From NCBI GenBank assembly GCA_038217285.1, contig JBBQPO010000141.1, positions 1-15,679 of the forward strand: a stretch of 15,679 bases of DNA. The letters are read 5' to 3'. The notes below the pieces were generated by a model. The model made no database searches. It worked only from the letters and a program-made list of their open reading frames with translations, and was not told the DNA's origin. The DNA comes from Chthonomonadales bacterium. GTDB taxonomy: Bacteria > Armatimonadota > Chthonomonadetes > Chthonomonadales > Chthonomonadaceae. Positions 8,601-15,679 of this stretch are shown piece after piece; the stretch's first letter is position 1; every line of letters starts with the position of its first letter. Position numbers and translations under genes: made by a program.

Positions 8601-8696
8601 GCAGGGTAAGCGCCACTTTCCCGGTAGTGAAGCAGGCATTGGTGCGCTGTATCGCGAAATAGAGCGCACTTGAGAAACATACAAGGAGACTTTTGC

Positions 8697-9992
8697 ATGG
8701 CGCAGCGTCGATCGCGCACCGCTCTCAATACTCGGATCGCCCTGGCCCTGTTCGGGTCCATTGCGCCGACATCGGCCTTTGCGCAGGCTTCCAACAGTAT
8801 CCCCGAGGTCCCTCTTCCGTCCACGACGACGCAGGAGCGGCTGGTAAATCCGACTGGCCTCACAGAGTCGGATCGGTTTGGCTGGCACTCCGACTTCCTC
8901 GGCACGGGACGTGGTTTTTTCGATGCCTCCGTCGGCGTCAAGTTCTGGCCGGATCGTCTCAATCTGCGCAACTTCATTTTCGGGGGTGCCGTCGATCTGC
9001 TGCCCGGCGTTCGGGTCCGGGCCAACTTCCGGCGGCGTGAAGGCGAAGAGAAGGCGTTCGAGGTCTATTCTGACGAGATCTATCTGGAGGGTTTCCAGCG
9101 CTATCGCGGTCCGACGTGGCAGGGCGGCGCCAGTCTGCGCCTGGGTCGGGTGCGCTACCTCCACTTTCCTTACCCTGACGCCATCGCGCAGTTCGATCAG
9201 GTTCCGGGCTATGGCGACCTGCGCGGCGGCCCCCAAACCGACTATCGCAGCGCGGTGCTGGTCGGGGAGGCCGCCCTCAATAGCGGTTTCGGCGTTCATG
9301 GCAGCGCGCGCGCCAGCGGGTTTCTGGACGGCGACAAAGCGGAAGGCCGCATTATAGAAGCTTACGGATTCTATCGCCACGATTTTGCGGGCACCTGGCA
9401 CTTCGAGAGTCGCTTCGGCGCGCTCGCCGTGCGCCACGAACCGCTCGGACGGGGTGGGGAGCTGGGGGCCAATGCCTATCTCGGCAAACAGCTCGGGGAG
9501 TTCAATGTCGGCGTGCTCTACGAGAACAAACACCATGAGCACGAGTACGCCGGCATCATGGTGCAGTTCCGGCCCGGCCCGGTGACCCGCGCGCTCGGCA
9601 AAGTCAGCTTCGACTATTCGCGTCAGCCCGAAGGCTTCACCGTACAGTTGCCTCTGCTGCATCTGCGCCTAAACGAGAACCGCACCGTGCGCTCCGGCGA
9701 CATTCTCGTCGGAGAGGTCCGCGCCGTCCGTATCCGGACCCTATGGCAGCAGGGCTTCGTCCGCAACGAGTATGAGCACCGCCTCGAATCGTGGGGCCCG
9801 ACCGGCGATCCGAAACTCCGCTGCGTGGTGACGGAAGAGCCCTGGTATCTCCAGACGGAGGCGCTCGTCAGCCCGCATCTGACTCCAGATGCGCGCTGGG
9901 AACGTGACCGCCAGGGACCGGCACAGTTCGTGCAGCGTGTCACCTACCGTTACTACAAACCGCACAAACGCGATGATCCGGGCGGAGCTTGA
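8697..9992 (+). CDS. Hypothetical exported protein, possibly an outer-membrane beta-barrel
   Basis: ATG at 8697 after AAGGAG. Signal-peptide-like N-terminus ending SAFA|QA. Long ORF with host-like GC3 and many Gly/aromatic alternating beta-strand-like segments. Confidence 0.75.
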   Translation: MAQRRSRTALNTRIALALFGSIAPTSAFAQASNSIPEVPLPSTTTQERLVNPTGLTESDRFGWHSDFLGTGRGFFDASVGVKFWPDRLNLRNFIFGGAVDLLPGVRVRANFRRREGEEKAFEVYSDEIYLEGFQRYRGPTWQGGASLRLGRVRYLHFPYPDAIAQFDQVPGYGDLRGGPQTDYRSAVLVGEAALNSGFGVHGSARASGFLDGDKAEGRIIEAYGFYRHDFAGTWHFESRFGALAVRHEPLGRGGELGANAYLGKQLGEFNVGVLYENKHHEHEYAGIMVQFRPGPVTRALGKVSFDYSRQPEGFTVQLPLLHLRLNENRTVRSGDILVGEVRAVRIRTLWQQGFVRNEYEHRLESWGPTGDPKLRCVVTEEPWYLQTEALVSPHLTPDARWERDRQGPAQFVQRVTYRYYKPHKRDDPGGA

Positions 9993-10061
9993 GCGGGTTA
10001 CCTAACCCCCCGGCCCCCTATCCCGACTTCGTTCGCTTCGCTCACCGGGAAGGGGGTGCCC
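9990..10061 (+). repeat. Left copy of a palindromic C/G-rich (REP-like) element
   Basis: TGAGCGGGTTACCTAACCCCCCGGCCCCCTATCCCGAC[TTCGTTCGCTTCGCTCAC]CGGGAAGGGGGTGCCC. It has an internal hairpin and matches the reverse complement of 12011-12063. Confidence 0.9.
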
Positions 10062-10104
10062 TAACACGCACGTTCGCCGTTGTGTCTAAGGTTGACATCG
10101 AGAT

Positions 10105-11067
10105 ATGAAAACACGTTCGCCAAAACATCTGGACGATCCGATAGGCCAAGAAAACCCTGGGATTTCTTTTGAGAAGGCTGTTGCCCGAATTCAGCAGATG
10201 TTGGATCCTAACTCTGTTGTGAGCCACAACGAACAAATCATCGACCGGGTGGGTAACAAGCGACAGTTCGATGTCGTAATTAGGGGACATTTTGGTGGCC
10301 GTTCTGTTCTGGGTGTGATGGAGTGCAAGGACCACAGACGTAAGAAGGGGCCTGATGTGGTCGAGGCATTTGCCAAAAAGGCTGAGAACGTCGGAGCCAA
10401 CCTGCGCATCATGGTAACCAGAAAGAGGTTTACGGATCAAGCGCTACAGTTAGCCAAACACGAGAATATCGGTTGCCTTTCCTTACTTCCAGACGATCCT
10501 ATGCAGTCAGGCTTCAGAATTGGTGAATATTGGTACGGTGTGATCCGTCGCTGGAAGATCGAAGAGATGGGGCTTTACTTCGTCGTTCCGCCATCGTCCT
10601 CTCTGGCGGCGTTTGACTTCAACTCCGTAAAATATTGTGAAAAGCCAGCCGTCAATTGGTTTCTTAAAGAGCTAAACACCACTTACGTCGGAGAGAATAC
10701 GGAAGGTGGACATATTATTAACTGTGTCTTTGACCAGCCACGGAGCTTTGAGGTTGTAGGGAGTACGCATGCCTTAGCTGGGATTAGTTGCCTTGCAACA
10801 CGCACCCTCAAGAAAAAGAGAATGTGGATCGATTGGAGCGGAGATGCGCTTTATGACTGGCATACTGGCCAATTCGCTCTTCCTGCCAACGGTATGCTTC
10901 TCAGCAGTGCTATCAATGGCGACCTGTCTACTTGGCCGGACTATTCTGGAGAAATTCCTGGTCCCGAACGGATCACTGGTGGCCTTTTCAATGTAGTCGT
11001 TTTTCGGTCGGAAGAGGAATGGGACAACAAATTTAATAACGACGTTCCTGATTTGGGCGTGCTGTAA
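10105..11067 (+). CDS. Restriction endonuclease-like protein: N-terminal Mrr-like PD-(D/E)XK domain plus an unrecognised C-terminal domain
   Basis: FEKAVARI...KRQFDVVI...VMECKDH...GPDVVEAF...IMVTRKRFTDQA pattern typical of the Mrr_cat/type IV nuclease fold. AT-richer codon usage than neighbouring genes. Confidence 0.8.
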   Translation: MKTRSPKHLDDPIGQENPGISFEKAVARIQQMLDPNSVVSHNEQIIDRVGNKRQFDVVIRGHFGGRSVLGVMECKDHRRKKGPDVVEAFAKKAENVGANLRIMVTRKRFTDQALQLAKHENIGCLSLLPDDPMQSGFRIGEYWYGVIRRWKIEEMGLYFVVPPSSSLAAFDFNSVKYCEKPAVNWFLKELNTTYVGENTEGGHIINCVFDQPRSFEVVGSTHALAGISCLATRTLKKKRMWIDWSGDALYDWHTGQFALPANGMLLSSAINGDLSTWPDYSGEIPGPERITGGLFNVVVFRSEEEWDNKFNNDVPDLGVL

Positions 11068-11524
11068 ATCGTCTCAGATAGAATACGTTTCTCATTCTTC
11101 TCTGATCCGACTAATCGTCAATTAACTGAAGTTTTACATGTTCACAATGGCTTCTCGCCATCTCAAATGGGAAGTAAAAGCAATTGCGGCAACCATAAAA
11201 CTTCGATTAACTAACGACTATTGACTTTCGGCCTTTTGGATTACAGACGGCCAATAACTGCGTCGAGCGCATTTTGATCTCATTATGCGCCCGCAGAGTG
11301 CCTGCTCGAATGTTAGGCAGACGTCTGATGGTCAATAATAGGTTTTCCCTGCCAGTGAAGTCCGAAGCCAACTAGATTAGAGTACTTCAACCAGACAATA
11401 AACCATTCGTTTCAACTGATGGCTTGGATATGACTTAGAAGCAGCTTCTATGTCCTGAGTTCGAGATCGAACCGAAGGAATGATTTGTCGAGGATTCATT
11501 TAGGAACATTTTCGGGAGAAGACT

Positions 11525-11926
11525 GTGGAGAAGCGGGGTATAGTCACAGGACATAAATGGACGGTGAAGCAGAATGCGGCGAGAGCAATGCGCCGCGAGA
11601 TGACGCAAGCAGAGAGGGTACTCTGGGATTGTCTGCGAGGCAATCGGTGCGGTGGTCTGCATTTCCGCCGGCAGCAGATTATCGACGGCTTTATCGCGGA
11701 TTTCTACTGTCATGCTGCTGGCCTCATTATCGAAGCAGACGGAAGCGTTCACCAACAGCAGGTTGACTATGACCTTCTGCGCGACCGCCTTCTCTCCACC
11801 CGTGGCCTGCGAATTCTTCGATTTTCCAATGCCCGTATTCAATCGGACCTGACCGCTGTACTAACTGAAATACAAACTGCGGCCGCTGCCGCGAACGAAG
11901 TGAGCACTCCGCCCGACAAAATCTAA
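11525..11926 (+). CDS. DUF559 (Vsr-like) endonuclease domain protein
   Basis: ARAMRREMTQAERVLWDCLR, FRRQQIIDGFIADFYC, IIEADGSVH, RDRLL...GLRILRFSN. GTG start after GGGAG. Confidence 0.92.
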   Translation: MEKRGIVTGHKWTVKQNAARAMRREMTQAERVLWDCLRGNRCGGLHFRRQQIIDGFIADFYCHAAGLIIEADGSVHQQQVDYDLLRDRLLSTRGLRILRFSNARIQSDLTAVLTEIQTAAAAANEVSTPPDKI

Positions 11927-11931
11927 TTCTA

Positions 11932-11959
11932 TCGCGCCGTTTGTTATCACACGGCGCGA
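11932..11959 (+). terminator. Hairpin immediately after the DUF559 stop (possible terminator or structured RNA element)
   Basis: TCGCGCCGT (11932-11940) / ACGGCGCGA (11951-11959) form a perfect 9-bp stem. There is no U-tract. Confidence 0.45.
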
Positions 11960-12010
11960 GTTCCAAGACCGACCTTACCACCAGCCTCGCAGCAAGGCGA
12001 GTAAGTGGTC

Positions 12011-12063
12011 GGGCACCCCCTTCCCGTGTCGGGAAGGGGGCGGGGGGTTAGGTTACCCGCTCA
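12011..12063 (-). repeat. Right (inverted) copy of the palindromic C/G-rich element
   Basis: The reverse complement reads TGAGCGGGTAACCTAACCCCCCGCCCCCTTCCCGACACGGGAAGGGGGTGCCC. Perfect 11-bp stem CCCCCTTCCCG/CGGGAAGGGGG (12016-12040) with a 3-nt loop. Confidence 0.9.
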
Positions 12064-12123
12064 CAGGACTTAAAAGCAATCAATAATCGACCGCTGACTA
12101 CCGGGAATCCTTGGGATCCTCAC

Positions 12124-13071
12124 TTGGAGACGCTGTCTCCAGCAATCCAGAACACCATCCTCCACGGTGAGCCGATGCGCAACCACACCTATCTTCGGGT
12201 CGGTGGGCCAGCGGATCTGTTCTATACCGCGCGGGAGACAGACGCGCTGGCGGAGATCACCGCGCTGGCGCAGCGCCACGACCTGCCGCTCTTTATTCTA
12301 GGAGAGGGCACGAATGTCTGTGTCAGCGACCGAGGGGTGCGGGGGTTTGTGGTGCAGAATGCGTGTCGGCATGCGGAGATCGGCACGACCACCTATGCGG
12401 ATGCCGGGCATAACTTTATGTCCTTGTTTGTGCGGACGATGCAGGCCGGGCTCTCTGGGCTGGAGTGGGCGGTCGGGATTCCCGGCACGGTGGGAGGGGC
12501 GCTCGTTTCGAATGCCGGGGCCTATCGCGGCAACATCTGCGATCTGGTCACGCGCATCGAGGTCGTCGAGGGCGGCGAGCGCCGCTGGGTGACGCCGGAC
12601 TGGATGGAGTTCTCCTATCGGGACAGTCGGCTGCGCCGGGACGGCGGCAAACCGGCGGCGCTGCTGGGCGTCACGCTGACCCTCGCACCAGGCCGCAAAA
12701 CGGACATTCGCCTGAAGGCCAAAGAGATCCAGATGCAGCGGATTCTGAAACAGCCGTGGGAACCCTCCGCCGGCAGCTTCTTCAAGAACATTCGGGACCG
12801 CGAGCTCGCCGCCCGCCTGCCCAACCTTCCTGAGAATATGCGCAAGATCGGCGTCGTGCCCACCGCGTTCCTTTCCGAAGAGTGCGGTCTGAAAGGCTTC
12901 ACACTCGGCGGCGCGGGTGTCGCTGAGCGCCATGCCAACTTCATTGTGAACCGGGGGAATGCGACGGCTGCCGATGTCCGCGCCGTGGCCGAGACCGTGA
13001 AACAGCGCGTGCTCGCGCACTTTGGGCTGCGACTGGAGGAGGAAGTCCTCTATGTCGGTGAATGGGATTAA
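12124..13071 (+). CDS. murB: UDP-N-acetylenolpyruvoylglucosamine reductase
   Basis: HTYLRVGGPAD, LGEGTNV, GLEWAVGIPGTVGGALVSNAGAY, FSYRDS, QPWEPSAGSFFKN, HANFIVN, LEEEV. Confidence 0.96.
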   Translation: METLSPAIQNTILHGEPMRNHTYLRVGGPADLFYTARETDALAEITALAQRHDLPLFILGEGTNVCVSDRGVRGFVVQNACRHAEIGTTTYADAGHNFMSLFVRTMQAGLSGLEWAVGIPGTVGGALVSNAGAYRGNICDLVTRIEVVEGGERRWVTPDWMEFSYRDSRLRRDGGKPAALLGVTLTLAPGRKTDIRLKAKEIQMQRILKQPWEPSAGSFFKNIRDRELAARLPNLPENMRKIGVVPTAFLSEECGLKGFTLGGAGVAERHANFIVNRGNATAADVRAVAETVKQRVLAHFGLRLEEEVLYVGEWD

Positions 13072-13083
13072 AGGAGGTGCCGT

Positions 13084-13545
13084 GTGCCGACCCTGGAGTT
13101 CGCCTGCGATATCGAGGCTCCGCTGGACAAGGTCTGGATCTTCTACGATGACATCGGATGTCTGTTCAAACTGACGCCGCCCGAGGTCAAGGCGCGGTTG
13201 GAGGGCGAACCGGTGCCCATGGGTGTCGGCGTTGTCTATCATCTGCTCATCACACGGTTCGGTGTTACGCTCCATTGGGACGCCGAGATCATCGCATACG
13301 AGCCGCCCCGCCTCTTTCGGGACCGACAGGTCGATGGCAAAGGCCCCTTTCAGGCCTGGACTCATACGCACACCTTCGATCCGCTGCCAGGCGATCGCAC
13401 CCGCATCACCGACCATGTCCACTACCATCTCCCCTTCGGACCTCTGGGACGTCTGGCGGACTTCCTCTTCGTTCGCCGTGAGCTCGGCAAAATGTTCGCC
13501 TATCGCCACAAAGTCACGCGCGAGACGCTCGAAAGACAGCAATAG
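13084..13545 (+). CDS. SRPBCC/START-fold (polyketide cyclase-like) protein
   Basis: APLDKVW...LTPP, WDAEII, FRDRQVDGKGPFQAWTHTHTF, TRITDHVHY, FAYRH. GTG start after AAGGAGGT. Confidence 0.85.
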   Translation: MPTLEFACDIEAPLDKVWIFYDDIGCLFKLTPPEVKARLEGEPVPMGVGVVYHLLITRFGVTLHWDAEIIAYEPPRLFRDRQVDGKGPFQAWTHTHTFDPLPGDRTRITDHVHYHLPFGPLGRLADFLFVRRELGKMFAYRHKVTRETLERQQ

Positions 13546-13570
13546 CCGCCGCCTCCGGAGAGGCGACGGC
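13545..13570. terminator. GC-rich hairpin between convergent genes
   Basis: GCCGCCGCCTC-CGGA-GAGGCGACGGC (10 of 11 pairs). It sits between the stop codons of the SRPBCC gene and the moeB-like gene; no U-tract. Confidence 0.55.
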
Positions 13571-13589
13571 CATTGGGAAACGCGACGGC

Positions 13590-15071
13590 TCAGTATTTAG
13601 GAACGGAGGGATCGACCTCGTCGCTCCAGGCGGTGATGCCTCCGACCACATTCTTCAACCGGACGAAGCCTCGGGCCTTGAGGCGGTTCAGGGCGTCCGC
13701 GCTGCGCTTGCCGGAGCGGCAGTGCAGAATGATCTCGGTGTTCGGGTCAAGCTCGCCTGCCCGCTCTTCGAGTTGCCCCAGCGGAATCAGCTTCGTGCCG
13801 GGAATACGTGCGATGGCATACTCATAAGGTTCGCGCACGTCGATGATCGTCAGATCCTCGCCGCGATCCATGCGCGCCTTGAGCTGCTTGACCGTGATCT
13901 CTTCGTTCTCATCGACGGTCTGGGGGGCCGACTCCTCGCCCCGAATCCCGCAGAACTCCTCGTAGTCGATCAGCTCTGTGATGGTGCGGTTCGTGCCGCA
14001 GATGGGGCAACTGGGATCCTTCTGCAGTTTCAGCTCGCGGAACTGCATTTTCAGGGCGTTGAAGAGCATCAGCCGCCCGATCAACGGGTTCCCGATGCCC
14101 AGGATCAGCTTGATCGCCTCGTTCGCCTGAATGCAGCCGATGATGCCGGGCAGTACACCCAACACGCCGCCTTCGGCGCAGGAGGGAACCAGGCCGGGAG
14201 GAGGCGGCTCCGGATAGAGGCACCGATAGCACGGACCTTTTTCGGCCCAGAAGACCGAGGCCTGTCCTTCGAACCGGAAGATGGAGCCGTAGACGTTCGG
14301 CTTGTTGAGCAGCACGCAGACATCGTTGGTCAGGGAGCGGGTGGGGAAGTTGTCGGTGCCGTCGATCACGAGGTCGAAATCTTTGACGATGCGCATCGCG
14401 TTTTCCGAGGAGAACTGCTCCTCGAAGCCGATCACTTCGACATGGGGGTTGATGTCGCGCAGCGTCTCCCGCGCCGACTCCATTTTCAGGCGACCCACAT
14501 CTTTGTTGCCGTGGATGATCTGGCGCTGCAGGTTGGTAACGTCCACGGTGTCGAAATCGACGATCCCGATGGTGCCCACGCCGGCCGCCGCCAGATAGAG
14601 CATCAGCGGCGAGCCCAGCCCGCCTGCCCCGATGCAGAGCACCTTCGCCGCTTTCAGCCGCTTCTGCCCCTCAATATTGACCTCCGGCAGGATCAGGTGG
14701 CGGCTGTAGCGCAAAATCTCGTCGTTGCTGAGCTCGGCGCTCGCGCCGCGATCATCAGAGATGACGCTGACCGGCTCCGGCAACGGCTTGATCGGTCCTG
14801 CGCCGCCCGCGATACTCGGCACGATGCTGAGCTCGTCGTCCTCGCTGACCGTGGTCGCCATGCCATCGAGGGACCGCATGTCTTCGGAACCTTTGTAGAC
14901 ATTCACGAAGTGACGCAGTTCGCCCTTTTCATTGAACAGATGTTTTTTCAGGTCCGGATACTGCGCTGCCAGACCGTCCAGCACATCCTGCACGGTGGCT
15001 CCTGCAATATCCAGTTCGTCCGTTCCGCCTGCAAACTGCTGCAAGGCCGTCGGAATAAGCACTCTCGCCAT
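13590..15071 (-). CDS. moeB: Ubiquitin-like sulfur carrier (MoaD/ThiS/CysO) fused to MoeB/ThiF adenylyltransferase and rhodanese (MoeZ/MoeBR-like)
   Basis: N-terminal beta-grasp ending IVPSIAGG. E1 domain with RYSRHL, GAGGLG, NLQRQ, DGTDNF, CYRC, PSCAEGGVLG and CPIC. Rhodanese with IDVRE and CRSGKRS. Confidence 0.93.
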   Translation of the reverse strand: MARVLIPTALQQFAGGTDELDIAGATVQDVLDGLAAQYPDLKKHLFNEKGELRHFVNVYKGSEDMRSLDGMATTVSEDDELSIVPSIAGGAGPIKPLPEPVSVISDDRGASAELSNDEILRYSRHLILPEVNIEGQKRLKAAKVLCIGAGGLGSPLMLYLAAAGVGTIGIVDFDTVDVTNLQRQIIHGNKDVGRLKMESARETLRDINPHVEVIGFEEQFSSENAMRIVKDFDLVIDGTDNFPTRSLTNDVCVLLNKPNVYGSIFRFEGQASVFWAEKGPCYRCLYPEPPPPGLVPSCAEGGVLGVLPGIIGCIQANEAIKLILGIGNPLIGRLMLFNALKMQFRELKLQKDPSCPICGTNRTITELIDYEEFCGIRGEESAPQTVDENEEITVKQLKARMDRGEDLTIIDVREPYEYAIARIPGTKLIPLGQLEERAGELDPNTEIILHCRSGKRSADALNRLKARGFVRLKNVVGGITAWSDEVDPSVPKY

Positions 15072-15098
15072 AACATTCCCCTCTTCTATGAAGTCAAC

Positions 15099-15590
15099 TT
15101 AGCTTGGGTCCACAATTTCCCAGGTTTCGGGTGAAAACGCCTGACGGTCGTCATCGAGCTGCCAGGCGGTCAGGTCGTCCGGGCGACCGTCCAGGACCGA
15201 AACGATGATATAGGTATACCACGGAGAGGCCCATTCGCGGTCGTAGGCGCTGGGTCGGGCCGGATGATTGGGGTGGGAGTGGTAGAAACCCAGCACCTTG
15301 CGTTTGGTGCGTCGCTCCTCCTGCATCAGCGCGAACATCTCTTGCGGCGAGACGAAGTAGCGGCGCTCCTGGCCGACGGTGGCGACATCTTCGGCTGCTG
15401 CGCCTGCGGGCAGAACGGAGGTTTCAAACCCTGCGCTGGGCTCGAAGACGTTGGCCAGCGGCCGAATCTCTCGCACCCTCTTGTCGGCCCCTTCGACATC
15501 GCCAAGCATCACTCCGCAGCACTCGTTGGGAAAGGTGGCCGCGCCGTGGACGCGGATCGCGTCGAGGTCGGCTTCAGATAGACGGATCAT
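15099..15590 (-). CDS. JAB/MPN (M67 family) metallopeptidase, Mec-like
   Basis: PNECCG catalytic Glu and the JAMM motif YHSHPNHPARPSAYD. GGAGGAG RBS. Located between cysteine synthase and the Ubl-E1 gene. Confidence 0.92.
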   Translation of the reverse strand: MIRLSEADLDAIRVHGAATFPNECCGVMLGDVEGADKRVREIRPLANVFEPSAGFETSVLPAGAAAEDVATVGQERRYFVSPQEMFALMQEERRTKRKVLGFYHSHPNHPARPSAYDREWASPWYTYIIVSVLDGRPDDLTAWQLDDDRQAFSPETWEIVDPS

Positions 15591-15679
15591 CGTGCTCCTC
15601 CGCTTCCTGCCAGAACCGCTCCGAGAGGTAGCGGGAGCCGCTGTCGCAGAGGATCGTCACGACCACGCCTTCGTCCAAC
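15574..15679 (-). CDS. C-terminal end of a PLP-dependent cysteine synthase family protein (partial)
   Basis: Manual translation LDEGVVVTILCDSGSRYLSERFWQEAEEHDDPSI* matches the CysK/CysM C-terminal VVxxxxDxGxRYLS motif. It overlaps the JAB gene start by 17 nt. Confidence 0.82.
   Translation of the reverse strand, partial: LDEGVVVTILCDSGSRYLSERFWQEAEEHDDPSI

Larger units (their letters stand above)
9990..12063. mobile_element. Putative acquired cassette bounded by inverted palindromic repeats, carrying two nuclease genes and no transposase
   Basis: Inverted terminal repeat pair; visibly more AT-rich interior than the flanks; accessory nuclease cargo between host-like genes. Confidence 0.55.

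Noticed and set aside
826-9662. Long minus-strand ORFs (826-1680, 1737-3170, 3398-4849, 4856-5860, 7041-7817, 7932-9662)
   Set aside because: Antisense to well-supported genes; expected in high-GC DNA; no motifs.
10092-10097. TTGACA upstream of the restriction nuclease gene
   Set aside because: Only 7 nt before the ATG, so it cannot be the -35 for that gene.
11138-11224. 28-aa ORF MFTMASRHLKWEVKAIAATIKLRLTNDY
   Set aside because: Short, no RBS and no recognisable similarity.
9990-12063. Classical IS/transposon or CRISPR interpretation of the repeats
   Set aside because: No transposase ORF and no visible target-site duplication; only two inverted copies, with no repeat-spacer array.
14335-14337. 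MoeB motif reads TRSL rather than the usual TRYL
   Set aside because: A single-base difference (TCC vs TAC) that cannot be distinguished from neutral variation or sequencing error.
12298-15581. Long ORFs 12298-13542 (-), 13722-15134 (+) and 15264-15581 (+)
   Set aside because: Shadow frames of murB/SRPBCC, the moeB fusion and the JAB gene.

Overview
GC-rich bacterial chromosomal window, mostly housekeeping. The left edge holds the 5' part of a minus-strand ABC/AAA-type ATPase that the ORF track misses. A plus-strand run follows: an unusually long NusB (about 200-aa insertion plus acidic tail), FolD, a perfect-consensus sigma70 promoter with a structured ~155-nt leader, a 7TM-HD (PgpH/YqfF-like) phosphohydrolase, YbeY, a DgkA-PAP2 fusion, a CNNM/HlyC-CorC transporter and an unknown exported protein. 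At 9990-12063 a ~2.07-kb lower-GC cassette is bracketed by two inverted copies of a palindromic C/G-rich repeat. It carries an Mrr-like PD-(D/E)XK restriction endonuclease and a DUF559 nuclease but no transposase. MurB and an SRPBCC protein follow. Converging from the right is a sulfur-relay operon: cysteine synthase C-terminus, Mec/JAB peptidase, and a Ubl(MoaD/CysO)-E1(MoeB)-rhodanese fusion. The most notable items are the repeat-bounded nuclease cassette, the split NusB, the Ubl-E1 polyprotein with its JAB partner, and the putative translational switch in the HD-gene leader. All calls are by eye; no searches were run.
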